A stretch of 64,000 nucleotides of DNA from an uncultured Flammeovirgaceae bacterium. GTDB taxonomy: Bacteria > Bacteroidota > Bacteroidia > Cytophagales > MED-G16. Shown piece by piece: positions 9,369 to 18,347 of this stretch; the first letter of the stretch is position 1; the number at the start of each line of letters is the position of its first letter. The notes below the pieces were generated by a model. That model was not told where the DNA came from. It saw nothing but the letters and a program-made list of their open reading frames with translations, and ran no database searches. The stretch lies in the NCBI GenBank assembly GCA_913046795.1, contig CAJWTC010000002.1, positions 1,994 through 65,993 of the forward strand. The letters are read 5' to 3'. The position numbers were made by a program, and so were the translations under genes.

Positions 9369-10184
9369 ATGGCAAAAAGCTTCAGAGTTCTTTACGTTGC
9401 ATCAGAAATAAAACCGTTCCTAAACGATACTTATGTCTCTGATATAGTTAGAAAACTACCCCAGGGCATGCAAGAAAAAGGAGTAGAAATTAGAATTTTA
9501 GTTCCAAAATTTGGACTTATAAACGAAAGGAAGAATAGACTGCATGAAGTTGTGAGATTATCTGGAATGAATATTCCTATTGGAGACGAAGACAGACCCC
9601 TAATTATTAAAGTTGCATCAATCCCAACTGCAAAGCTTCAAGTATATTTTATTGATAACGAAGACTATTTTAAGAGGAAAACTGTTTTCAGTAATAAGAA
9701 AGGAAAATTCCATAAAGACAATGATGAGAGGTGTCTATTCTTCTGCAAAGGAGTCTTGGAGACAGTAATAAAATTAGGTTGGGCTCCGGACATAATCCAT
9801 TGTAATGACTGGATGAGTTCTCTCATACCACTTCTTATTAGGACTTCCTACAGCGATAGACATATTTTTGAAAAAACAAAATGTATATACTCAATCTATG
9901 AAAATAGTTTTAAAGATAAACTTGATAAGAAGATGATTGATAAAATTATTGATGAGGATATTGACGAAAAAATGTTAAGCTCTCTTAAATCAAATGACTA
10001 CCAAGGTTTAATTAAGATTGCATCGGAGTATTCAGATGCTGTTATTAGACCAGAAAAAAATCTTAATAAGGCTGTTGAAGATTCTATATCTAACATTTCA
10101 CCAAAGAATAAGGTTCACAAATTACCTGAAGGTGAAAAATCAGTTGAATCACATTATAAATTATATAATGAAATTCTTAAGTAG
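9369..10184 (+). CDS. glycogen/starch synthase N-terminal-domain homolog (half-length, KTGGL motif absent)
   Basis: I prefer the start at 9369 (MAKSFRVLYVASEIKPF...). This aligns by eye to the GlgA N-terminus ([20 protein letters not shown]), but the sequence here reads NDTYV where KTGGL is expected. 271 aa. Confidence 0.6.
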   Translation: MAKSFRVLYVASEIKPFLNDTYVSDIVRKLPQGMQEKGVEIRILVPKFGLINERKNRLHEVVRLSGMNIPIGDEDRPLIIKVASIPTAKLQVYFIDNEDYFKRKTVFSNKKGKFHKDNDERCLFFCKGVLETVIKLGWAPDIIHCNDWMSSLIPLLIRTSYSDRHIFEKTKCIYSIYENSFKDKLDKKMIDKIIDEDIDEKMLSSLKSNDYQGLIKIASEYSDAVIRPEKNLNKAVEDSISNISPKNKVHKLPEGEKSVESHYKLYNEILK

Positions 10185-11535
10185 GTTATCCATATTATTA
10201 TCCTTTCTTATTTACAGCTGCGATGAAACTAGTGAGATAGGTATAGATGAACTTCTTAGTGATCAAAAAGAGAAAGTAAAAGTTCATTATGTTGAGATCC
10301 CTCTAGAAGTAAATAATATCTTCTACGACAGCGTAAGAACTGACGACGGAGAATTATATTTCGGTAAAATTGATGACCCTGTTTTTGGAAATACAGTATC
10401 TACAGCATACGCTCAAACAATTTATGAGGAAGGGTCTGAGATACCACCTATACCTGGAGAGTACTCAGAAAATTATTATGCTCCTAACGACTCTTCTGTC
10501 CTAGACTCTGTGGTAATATACCTACGCTTGTCAAAAATTTTTGGGGAAAACCAGACCGATGAACAAGAAATGTCTGTACTCCAAATAACAGATACGCTTT
10601 TCTCATCTGCTCTATATACCTCAAATAAATACACGCCTATTACATCTGAAGATAGAGGTGTAATTGGTCTCACGAGATTTAAAACATTAAATGTTGAGGA
10701 TGATGTTATATCCATCCAGGTGAAAGAAAACTATGGGAATTTTATTCTAAATCAGATAGTAAATAGAACTAAAAACTTTAAGCTTTTAGATAGGATGAGA
10801 GGTCTTGCTCTGGTTCCTGGAGAACAAAACAACCAACTCATATCATTTGATTTAAATCACATAGACTCAAAACTAGTCGTATACTTTAATAACCCCGTTG
10901 AATTTCCAGAAGTAAACAGCCCAAAGATGGACTCACTCCAGTTCGTATTTAGATTTAATTCTCCTCTAACTAAGAACTATAGCTATTATGATATTGATAG
11001 GTCAACCAGTGAGTTATCGATAGTAGAAAGCCTAGAAAAAAATGAGGAGTTCTCTATTAATAATAAGGTTTATTGGCAGTCTTCTAGTGGTATTTATCCA
11101 GTAATTAAACTTGAAAATTTTAAAAATTTTATTGATACTGCACAGAATATTGTATTAAATAAAGTGCAAATTGTCATGGGACCAATTGACCCTATCTTTA
11201 GCGAAGTAACACCAAGTAAATCTCTTTATTATATTGCAGATAATCAAAATAATATAAATCCTATCGGTATAATTTCAAATCCTAACGAGAATATGGTAAT
11301 GAGGGACAACTCATATTTTACTGATGATAATGAGCCCGGAGAATACGTTTTCGATAGTAATATCACTTTCTCATATAAGGGTGAGTCAACTGTTTTCTTC
11401 CAAGAACTTGCATCAGAAAACATCAAAGCAGAAAAGTTAGTTGTCTACCCTGAGAGTTCTAACTCTTTTGAAAAACTTATAGTCGATAAGAATAAATTTT
11501 ATCTTAAAGTTTTTTACACAAAATTCAATCAGTAA
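10168..11535 (+). CDS. DUF4270-like lipoprotein
   Basis: I prefer the internal start at 10168, giving MKFLSRLSILLSFLIYSCDE (lipobox). Its position just after the GlgA-like gene is what I recall for DUF4270 in Flavobacteriia. Overlaps the upstream gene by 17 nt. Confidence 0.55.
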   Translation: MKFLSRLSILLSFLIYSCDETSEIGIDELLSDQKEKVKVHYVEIPLEVNNIFYDSVRTDDGELYFGKIDDPVFGNTVSTAYAQTIYEEGSEIPPIPGEYSENYYAPNDSSVLDSVVIYLRLSKIFGENQTDEQEMSVLQITDTLFSSALYTSNKYTPITSEDRGVIGLTRFKTLNVEDDVISIQVKENYGNFILNQIVNRTKNFKLLDRMRGLALVPGEQNNQLISFDLNHIDSKLVVYFNNPVEFPEVNSPKMDSLQFVFRFNSPLTKNYSYYDIDRSTSELSIVESLEKNEEFSINNKVYWQSSSGIYPVIKLENFKNFIDTAQNIVLNKVQIVMGPIDPIFSEVTPSKSLYYIADNQNNINPIGIISNPNENMVMRDNSYFTDDNEPGEYVFDSNITFSYKGESTVFFQELASENIKAEKLVVYPESSNSFEKLIVDKNKFYLKVFYTKFNQ

Positions 11536-11539
11536 CAAA

Positions 11540-12208
11540 TTGTCTCGAAACCTTGAGGTATGTGCTTTCAGTATTAAAGATGTTATTAAAGCCTCATCAA
11601 TAAAACCTGCAAGAATTGAATTTTGTGAGAATAAAACTATTGGAGGAATTACCCCTGATCTAAAACTAATAGATTCAGCAGTTTCAAGTGGGGTCCCTAT
11701 ATTTCCAATTATCAGACCAAGAGGTGGAAATTTTATATACACTCAACAAGAAATAGATCAAATGATTACCTCTATTAAACTATGTAAAGAAAAAAAATGC
11801 CAGGGCGTTGTTTTTGGCGTCTTAGATAAAAAATTTTCAGTAGATGTAGAAACTTGTAAAAAGATCATGGATGAGTGCAAGGGACTTTCCGCAACATTCC
11901 ATATGGCATTTGATAAATGCAAAGACCCTCTCGAATCAATGAAAAAAATAATAGATCTAGGTTTTGATAGGATTCTAACAAGTGGTCAGGAAGAAAATGT
12001 TGAAGATGGGTTACAACTCATTGAAAAGCTTGTTAGAAAAAGTAGTCGAAGGATATCAATAATGCCGGGGTTAAAACTCAGGTCTTCTAACATAGATAAA
12101 TTTTTAAGAAATAAAGAGATAAATGACTTCCACTCATCATGTTATGTGAAAGGCGAATTTTCAATAGAGGAAGCTACCCTCTTAAGTGAAAAGATTAGTA
12201 ATTCCTAA
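11540..12208 (+). CDS. cutC: copper homeostasis protein CutC
   Basis: 222 aa. LEVCAFSIKDVIKA...ARIEFCEN...GGITP...IFPIIRPRGGNFIY...FHMAFD match the CutC TIM-barrel family pattern. Confidence 0.85.
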   Translation: MSRNLEVCAFSIKDVIKASSIKPARIEFCENKTIGGITPDLKLIDSAVSSGVPIFPIIRPRGGNFIYTQQEIDQMITSIKLCKEKKCQGVVFGVLDKKFSVDVETCKKIMDECKGLSATFHMAFDKCKDPLESMKKIIDLGFDRILTSGQEENVEDGLQLIEKLVRKSSRRISIMPGLKLRSSNIDKFLRNKEINDFHSSCYVKGEFSIEEATLLSEKISNS

Positions 12209-12869
12209 CCTTCAGAGCTTCCCTGACCTGGAAGTAGAAATAAAGTATTATTGAGAATACAACTAATTTTTGGGCAGTTACCTGAATTAATAAAGATCTG
12301 TTATCTTCAAAAGGATTTGGGCCAAATTCCATTACCAGGATAAATAAAAATAAGGCTGCAGAGAAAATAACTGAAATGATTTTAATCGAAGAACCAAAAA
12401 CTGAATTCTGAAATAAATTATATACTTGTATCAAACAGTGAATTAGTAGTAAACGAAAAGCAGCTTTCACAAAGAATATATGAAGGTTAAAGGTAGGACC
12501 TTCAGAGGGAAATACTGCAACCAATATAAATGAGAGGAGAGAGAGGCTTATTGTAATTATCAAAGCCATTTTAATAAAATATTTTTCAGAAATTCTAAAC
12601 TGAATTTTTAGGAACATGATGTAGAATAAACCATAGGATACAGCTAATACTATAAGTGACGAATTAAATAGATAAGCCGAAAAACTATTATCCTGTCCAT
12701 TTTTTGCTACCCATTCACCAAGATTACTAAAAAAATTATAAAAGAAAAGATACCCCTCGGTTGTTGCGTCAATTATAGTACCTCCAGGATAAAAGTATAT
12801 TGCAAAAAAATTAAATGATACAAAAAGAAATATACCAAAGTACCCCTGTTTTATAAATATTTTTTCCAT
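12195..12869 (-). CDS. integral membrane protein (DUF998-like)
   Basis: I prefer the start at 12869 (MEKIFIKQGYFGIFLF...), which avoids overlapping the divergent oxidoreductase gene. About 6 TM segments; YPGG and FSNLG motifs. Convergent 14-nt overlap with cutC. Confidence 0.5.
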   Translation of the reverse strand: MEKIFIKQGYFGIFLFVSFNFFAIYFYPGGTIIDATTEGYLFFYNFFSNLGEWVAKNGQDNSFSAYLFNSSLIVLAVSYGLFYIMFLKIQFRISEKYFIKMALIITISLSLLSFILVAVFPSEGPTFNLHIFFVKAAFRLLLIHCLIQVYNLFQNSVFGSSIKIISVIFSAALFLFILVMEFGPNPFEDNRSLLIQVTAQKLVVFSIILYFYFQVREALKVRNY

Positions 12870-12922
12870 AGATAAAAATAATAAATCTATATTTATAAAA
12901 ATATCAATGAATAAAAACAAAT

Positions 12923-14119
12923 ATGAAAATTGCAGTAATTGGTTCTGGAGTTTGGGGTGCAAGCTGCGCATATCACCTTAATAGGGTAGGTGTAGATGTA
13001 GAATTATATGACATGTGGGGACCAGGGAATTCTAGATCAGGTTCTGGAGGTGCTTCAAGGATAATAAGGTTGGCTTACGGTGATGACAAAATATATACGC
13101 AGTTAACAAATAACTCATTTAGGTTTTGGGAGGACTTATCTAAAGATAGTGAAAGGAAGCTGTACGATGAATGTGGAATGTTATGGCTAGTTAGTCAGGA
13201 TGATAGTAGCTACATAAAAAAATCAAAAAAACACATCGAAAGTGTAGGTCAATCTATAGAGCAATTATCTAAGAAAGATGCTCAAAAAAAATATCCTATT
13301 ATAAATTTTGACGATATCAACGAGATATATTATGAGAAGAAAGCAGGAGCACTTATGGCGAGCAGATGCTGTAAAAATATTGTAAGGAAATTTAAAGAAG
13401 AAGGGGGTAAAGTTCTTTTAGGCGAAGTAAAAATTGATGAAAAAAACTTAGAAAATAAAAATTCAATATCCTTTAATGGAAAAAATATAGAGGCTGACAA
13501 ATACGTTATAGCATGTGGGCCATGGAATAGAAAACTATTACCCAAAATGTTAGGTGAAGTTACTTTCATATCAAGACAAGAAGTATATTATTTTGGGGTT
13601 CCAAACGATAGTGTAACAAAATACAACTCAGACTCTATGCCTTGCTGGTTAGATTTAAATTCAGACAACCCATCGTATTATGGTATTCCTTTCCATTTAA
13701 ATAAAGGTTTTAAGATATCTTATGACGAGAGGTCTACACCATTTGATCCAGATACATCAGATAGAATTCCGATTCCAGAACTTGTTAAAAGAACAAAAAA
13801 ATACCTCTATAATCGATTTCCTCACTTAAAGAATCATCCTATTTCTGAGACAAGGGTGTGTCAGTACGAAAATAGTTTTGATGGTAATTTTATTATTAAT
13901 TACCATGAAGAGAATGACAATGTGATTGTTCTTTCAGGAAGTTCAGGTCATGGTTTTAAATTAGGACCTGGTTTAGGAGAATTAGTAAAAGATATTCTTA
14001 TAAATGATAAAGATATTCCTAAAGAATTTGATATAGGAAGACTTGATAATGATAACTCTTCATCCCAATACTATAATGCACAGATCAAATACAATAAAAA
14101 GAAAAGGTTATTTAACTAA
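12923..14119 (+). CDS. FAD-dependent oxidoreductase (DAO family, monomeric sarcosine-oxidase-like)
   Basis: 398 aa. N-terminal dinucleotide fold MKIAVIGSGVWGASCAYHL. C-terminal ...LSGSSGHGFKLGPGLGE... is typical of DAO/MSOX-type flavoenzymes. Confidence 0.8.
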   Translation: MKIAVIGSGVWGASCAYHLNRVGVDVELYDMWGPGNSRSGSGGASRIIRLAYGDDKIYTQLTNNSFRFWEDLSKDSERKLYDECGMLWLVSQDDSSYIKKSKKHIESVGQSIEQLSKKDAQKKYPIINFDDINEIYYEKKAGALMASRCCKNIVRKFKEEGGKVLLGEVKIDEKNLENKNSISFNGKNIEADKYVIACGPWNRKLLPKMLGEVTFISRQEVYYFGVPNDSVTKYNSDSMPCWLDLNSDNPSYYGIPFHLNKGFKISYDERSTPFDPDTSDRIPIPELVKRTKKYLYNRFPHLKNHPISETRVCQYENSFDGNFIINYHEENDNVIVLSGSSGHGFKLGPGLGELVKDILINDKDIPKEFDIGRLDNDNSSSQYYNAQIKYNKKKRLFN

Positions 14120-14960
14120 TAGTAGAATTTATCTCTTATTACTTTGGACTTTTTTAAGCTCATGTCAAGATAATTACCAAAATTGTTTGGATTTAGAATA
14201 CGGAACTGAATACATTAGAGTAACTGGTGTAAGCGAAGGAGATAATAACTACTTTAAATACTTCTGTAAAACATCAGACGTCTTTGGCATTAAAATTTAT
14301 GCCACAGAAAACGTAGAGAATGAGAAAGTATTTCACGCAGCCTCGATATTAGCTGAATACTTGGATAATGACGAAGATGGAACTGCTGATAATCAAAGAA
14401 TAGTAGATAAATTAATTGATAAGAAAGCTTGGTTATTAATGGCTATGAATGAAGAAGAATCAAGTGCTGCAGTAAGGTTCCCTATTAGAAATCATACATT
14501 TTTAGAATTATATGATGAAGAGGTGTCAATAATTAATGGGTCTCCCAGGTTTGATGCTAGTCTTGAAGAAATATTACATCTCATATCACAATATGGTTAT
14601 GCTGAAGTGTACCCTAATAAATTTGGAGAAAATAAAAACTCTAAAATAGCAAAAGCTATGGATGAGGCTAGAGGAGGATATTTTAAAAATGTTCCAAATT
14701 CATATCCATCTAGTGCCTGGTTTACTTATGAGGATAAAACCTGTAACTACTCCTGTCAAATTACTGAGTATACCTATTGGGCGTTGACTTCTATACTAGG
14801 GGCACAAGAGTTTCCTGGAAGACTAGAAGAAATACAACATGAATGGAAGTATAATACAAGAGAAAAAGTTAAAAATAATGACTCTCAAGTATATGGGTTA
14901 TTAACTGATCCAGAATTTAAATTTCCAACAAACCTACCAGACGGAAAATATAGAGAATAG
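14076..14960 (+). CDS. hypothetical lipoprotein
   Basis: Start at 14076 gives MHRSNTIKRKGYLTNSRIYLLLLWTFLSSC (lipobox). No family recognised. Overlaps the oxidoreductase 3' end by 44 nt. Confidence 0.5.
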   Translation: MHRSNTIKRKGYLTNSRIYLLLLWTFLSSCQDNYQNCLDLEYGTEYIRVTGVSEGDNNYFKYFCKTSDVFGIKIYATENVENEKVFHAASILAEYLDNDEDGTADNQRIVDKLIDKKAWLLMAMNEEESSAAVRFPIRNHTFLELYDEEVSIINGSPRFDASLEEILHLISQYGYAEVYPNKFGENKNSKIAKAMDEARGGYFKNVPNSYPSSAWFTYEDKTCNYSCQITEYTYWALTSILGAQEFPGRLEEIQHEWKYNTREKVKNNDSQVYGLLTDPEFKFPTNLPDGKYRE

Positions 14961-16130
14961 TTATTTCTCGAAATGATTAGATAATCTATAATGTAAATTT
15001 TCTCTTATATTCAACCAAAACAAATTGTAGTCAGCTGAATGGTAACTATCCATCTTAAATAATTTCATCCAAGGGATATCTATTTCTTTGAGCTGAAGGG
15101 ATCCCTTCTCTGATTTGACAGAAATCTTATTAGGTTTTTTTAATTTAAAATTTCCGACAGGCAATTTCATAACTTGATACTTAAACATTTGGATTATGTT
15201 GGGCATTAGAATTCCTTTATGAGAAAAAAGATCCGTTTCGTCTTTGCTCCTATCAAATGTGATAGGATTAGATGCTACAATATTTTGGTAATATTCATTG
15301 TCATATGGATTTATATTATCACCAAATGTATTCCAAGATAAAAAACATTTTATTTGATCTGGCTCATCACATGGTGGTAGACCTGAGAAATTGTCAGCAA
15401 CAGGAATCCCTACTAGGTATGCGATAAGAAGTTTCTCTTTAAGATCTTTGTTAGGTAATATAATATCTTTTATCAATTTAGAGGCATGCATACTTCCCTG
15501 GCTATGAGCAGCAATTATAAAATGTTTTCCCTTATTTTCTAGCTCTAAATATTTCATGAAAGCTCTCTTAACATCTGAATAAGCAACCTCATATGATTCC
15601 TTAGAGTATAATCTCAGCTTATTATTTTCATATGTAAAAAGCTCTAAATTTTTGTTAGAAAATATTTCATCTTGATAAATTTTAAAATCTTTACTTAGGA
15701 TTGGGTCAAGAGCTATATCAGTTAATATATTGCTAGAATTATGATAAACCAAACCATCGTAAAAAAGCTGTCTGTAAAGAGGAGCGTAAACATTTGTTAT
15801 ACCTGAAAAGATACTTGCTTGATTACCTAATGCAAGGTCTTTTACCCTCCTTAAGTGTTCTGGATCTTCTATATTAGCATTCCAAAAGTTTCCATTATAT
15901 CCAGAATTATAGACCGTGGGATAGATGTAAAAGACATCAACTTTTGATTTAAAATCTTTTAATGTGTCAACATATTTTACTGGTAATGGGATTTCATCTT
16001 TAGGTGATGCAATCCAGTTTTTCATGTACTTATAATCCGGAGCTTTAGGAAAACCAGTATTAGAAACTAGATATTTAGATGAGTTACAAGAAGACAGAAC
16101 AACTAATAGAATAAAATATAGAGATCTCAT
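14961..16130 (-). CDS. DUF3089-like alpha/beta hydrolase (secreted or lipoprotein)
   Basis: 389 aa. Signal MRSLYFILLVVLSSC. Nucleophile elbow in FIIAAHSQGSMH (xHSQG). Confidence 0.6.
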   Translation of the reverse strand: MRSLYFILLVVLSSCNSSKYLVSNTGFPKAPDYKYMKNWIASPKDEIPLPVKYVDTLKDFKSKVDVFYIYPTVYNSGYNGNFWNANIEDPEHLRRVKDLALGNQASIFSGITNVYAPLYRQLFYDGLVYHNSSNILTDIALDPILSKDFKIYQDEIFSNKNLELFTYENNKLRLYSKESYEVAYSDVKRAFMKYLELENKGKHFIIAAHSQGSMHASKLIKDIILPNKDLKEKLLIAYLVGIPVADNFSGLPPCDEPDQIKCFLSWNTFGDNINPYDNEYYQNIVASNPITFDRSKDETDLFSHKGILMPNIIQMFKYQVMKLPVGNFKLKKPNKISVKSEKGSLQLKEIDIPWMKLFKMDSYHSADYNLFWLNIRENLHYRLSNHFEK

Positions 16131-16185
16131 TATTTACAAGTAAAATAATACATATATATTTATTACGGTAAACTATAAACAAAAA

Positions 16186-17094
16186 ATGAAATTAGACATC
16201 AAAAATGAGACAAATCAACTTTTTTCTGTCATATTAGGTGTTGCTAATGATTTTGGATTTCAACCAACTCCAGAGAATTGTATTGACCCAAAGACAAAAC
16301 ATTTTGTGTTAAATAACTCTTTTCCATCAGAAAGAGATTGCATAAAAGAAGTTGAATCATTTAATGATGTCCTACTTAAATATGAGGTAGAGGTAATTAG
16401 ACCAAAAAATATAGAAGGATTAAATCAAATCTTCACTAGAGATGTCGGATTTGTTATAAAAAATAAGTTTTTTAAATCAAATACTATTAGTGAACGGAAA
16501 CAGGAGAAAGATGGAATAAATAACTGCCTAAAAAAAATTAATAAATCAGATATAGTAGAAGTGCCCGAAGACATAAGAGTTGAGGGCGGTGATGTTTTAG
16601 TGGACAATGATTTTATATTCATAGGTACTAGTAATGTGAAGGATACAAAACTTAAAGTATCTAGAACAAATGAAAAATCTGTAGACTTCATAAAAGAGGT
16701 TTTTCCAAATAAATCTGTACTAGGATTAGAGTTATATAAAAATGACAATAACCCTTTTGATAATATACTTCATTTGGATTGCACCATGCAACCCATTGGC
16801 AATGGAAAAATTATAATTTTTAAAAATGGTATTAGAAAGGATTCAGATAAAGAGTTAATAAAGGAAATATATGGAGCAGAAAATTGTATAGAAATATCAA
16901 GGGAGGAGATGTATGAAGGATACTCAAATATATTTTCAATCAACAGTAATACTATTGTTTCAGACAAAACTTTTGTTAGGTTAAATAATAAACTATCTGA
17001 TCTAGGTTTTAAAGTAGAAGAGGTTTATTATCGAGAAGTATCAAAGTTTGGTGGATTGTTTAGATGCTCCACCTTACCACTATATAGAAAATAA
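16186..17094 (+). CDS. amidinotransferase-fold guanidino-group-modifying enzyme (DDAH/arginine-deiminase-like)
   Basis: 302 aa. RVEGGDVL, HLDC, and C-terminal catalytic-Cys context FGGLFRCSTLPL. Confidence 0.75.
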   Translation: MKLDIKNETNQLFSVILGVANDFGFQPTPENCIDPKTKHFVLNNSFPSERDCIKEVESFNDVLLKYEVEVIRPKNIEGLNQIFTRDVGFVIKNKFFKSNTISERKQEKDGINNCLKKINKSDIVEVPEDIRVEGGDVLVDNDFIFIGTSNVKDTKLKVSRTNEKSVDFIKEVFPNKSVLGLELYKNDNNPFDNILHLDCTMQPIGNGKIIIFKNGIRKDSDKELIKEIYGAENCIEISREEMYEGYSNIFSINSNTIVSDKTFVRLNNKLSDLGFKVEEVYYREVSKFGGLFRCSTLPLYRK

Positions 17095-17143
17095 AAAATT
17101 AATTGTAAATATATCTTAAAATGTATTTATTAGCTATTTTAGT

Positions 17144-17163
17144 GGATACATATTAGGATACAT
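17144..17163. repeat. left copy of a 20-bp imperfect direct repeat, GGATACATATTAGGATACAT
   Basis: Ends immediately before the integrase-like ATG (17164). Matches 18288-18307 at 17 of 20 positions. Each copy contains two GGATACA(T) half-sites. Confidence 0.7.
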
Positions 17164-18300
17164 ATGCAAATTCAACTTTGGCGGAGAAAAAATAAAGAAG
17201 AAACTAAACATAACCTATACATAAGATATAGAGTTAATCAGAATAGAGCAAAGGTCGAGACTTTAAAACTCTGGGAGTGGGTTAATCCAACTGAAGAAGT
17301 TCAGATTAGGCACAATAAAAGTGTAAAGAAAGCTTATGAAGAAATTTTAAGAAGAACTAAAGATGACATAGAAAACAATAGGATAAACATCAATATTGAA
17401 AACAAAAAAAAATCAACATTTAAAGATGATTTTATAAAATATTCAAAAATTGATAACAAAGAAGCTATTTACAAATTCATTAAAAGCCAATACGATGATA
17501 TAGACAGCAGAAATACATCTGAAATTAATAGAGATTATTTATTAAGTATTAAGGAAAAAATAGAAACTAATATATCAGAAAAGAAAATAAAAAATGCAAC
17601 AGCATCTAAATATTGGAGTGATTTAAAAAAAGGATTAAGGGAGTTAAACGAACAAAAGCTATGCGACTACCCTAACCTTGGCTCAATAAAAAATTCTAAA
17701 GAAAAGAGACACCAGGTAGTATTATCAAAGAATGAATTAAATAAGATTAACAACATAAAATCAAAAAAATTAATTGAAATAAAAAATGCTTTTCTTTTCG
17801 CATCAATTTGTGGAATTAAAATTAGAGAACTTTCAAAAATGAGATGGTCAGATATTAAAAAAGAAAGGGGGGGGGACTACGCACTGAACTATAAAAAAAA
17901 ACAGATACTCGTGAGCAAAGAAATAAGAAAAATAATGGGAAAAAGAAAGTCAGAAAAAAAACACATTTTTAATTTACCAACTAATAAATCAACAACATCT
18001 AAAATATTTAATAAAATGATAAAGGAATCTGGTTTAAATAAAAAAATTAGGATGGGTGATGCAATTCATACTTTTGCTCATAATTTGTATAAAGAAACAA
18101 AAAATATCTACCTGATCTCTTCTTACCTAGAACACAAGTCAATAGAGATTACAAAATCAAAATATAATTATATGGAAGAGGACACATATTTAATAGAGAA
18201 TAATCTACTAAGAGATAATAGTTTAACAAGACATAAATTTAAGAGAGGAAAGTTATTTAAAAAGGGAAGACTACTGTCCTATAAACAGGATACAATATAG
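17164..18300 (+). CDS. tyrosine recombinase/integrase-like protein (Bacteroidetes type), catalytic residues apparently degenerate
   Basis: 378 aa. N-terminal Arm-type pattern (HNLYIRYRVNQNR...W). SAM-like FKDDFIKYSK. C-terminal CGIKIRELSKMRWSDI, GDAIHTFAHNLY and YLEHKSIEITKSKY align by eye to TGLRISEL..LRWSDI, HDLRHTFAT and LGHxSIxTTxxY. Confidence 0.7.
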   Translation: MQIQLWRRKNKEETKHNLYIRYRVNQNRAKVETLKLWEWVNPTEEVQIRHNKSVKKAYEEILRRTKDDIENNRININIENKKKSTFKDDFIKYSKIDNKEAIYKFIKSQYDDIDSRNTSEINRDYLLSIKEKIETNISEKKIKNATASKYWSDLKKGLRELNEQKLCDYPNLGSIKNSKEKRHQVVLSKNELNKINNIKSKKLIEIKNAFLFASICGIKIRELSKMRWSDIKKERGGDYALNYKKKQILVSKEIRKIMGKRKSEKKHIFNLPTNKSTTSKIFNKMIKESGLNKKIRMGDAIHTFAHNLYKETKNIYLISSYLEHKSIEITKSKYNYMEEDTYLIENNLLRDNSLTRHKFKRGKLFKKGRLLSYKQDTI

Positions 18301-18307
18301 GATACAT
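18288..18307. repeat. right copy of the 20-bp imperfect direct repeat, GGATACAATATAGGATACAT
   Basis: Spans the integrase-like stop codon (TAG, 18298-18300). 17 of 20 positions identical to 17144-17163. Confidence 0.7.
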
Positions 18308-18347
18308 TTATTATAAATGTAGTGTATGTTATTTAAACTCATATAAT

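Larger units (their letters stand above)
17144..18307 (+). mobile_element. candidate minimal integrase cassette bounded by direct repeats
   Basis: A single integrase-like ORF bracketed by the two 20-bp repeats and inserted between two amidinotransferase-fold genes. No other cargo genes. Confidence 0.3.

Noticed and set aside
11437-11742. 101-aa minus-strand ORF spanning the DUF4270-like/cutC junction.
   Set aside because: It overlaps the 5' part of cutC, which has conserved motifs from residue 1, and the 3' end of the lipoprotein gene. I saw no supporting motif.
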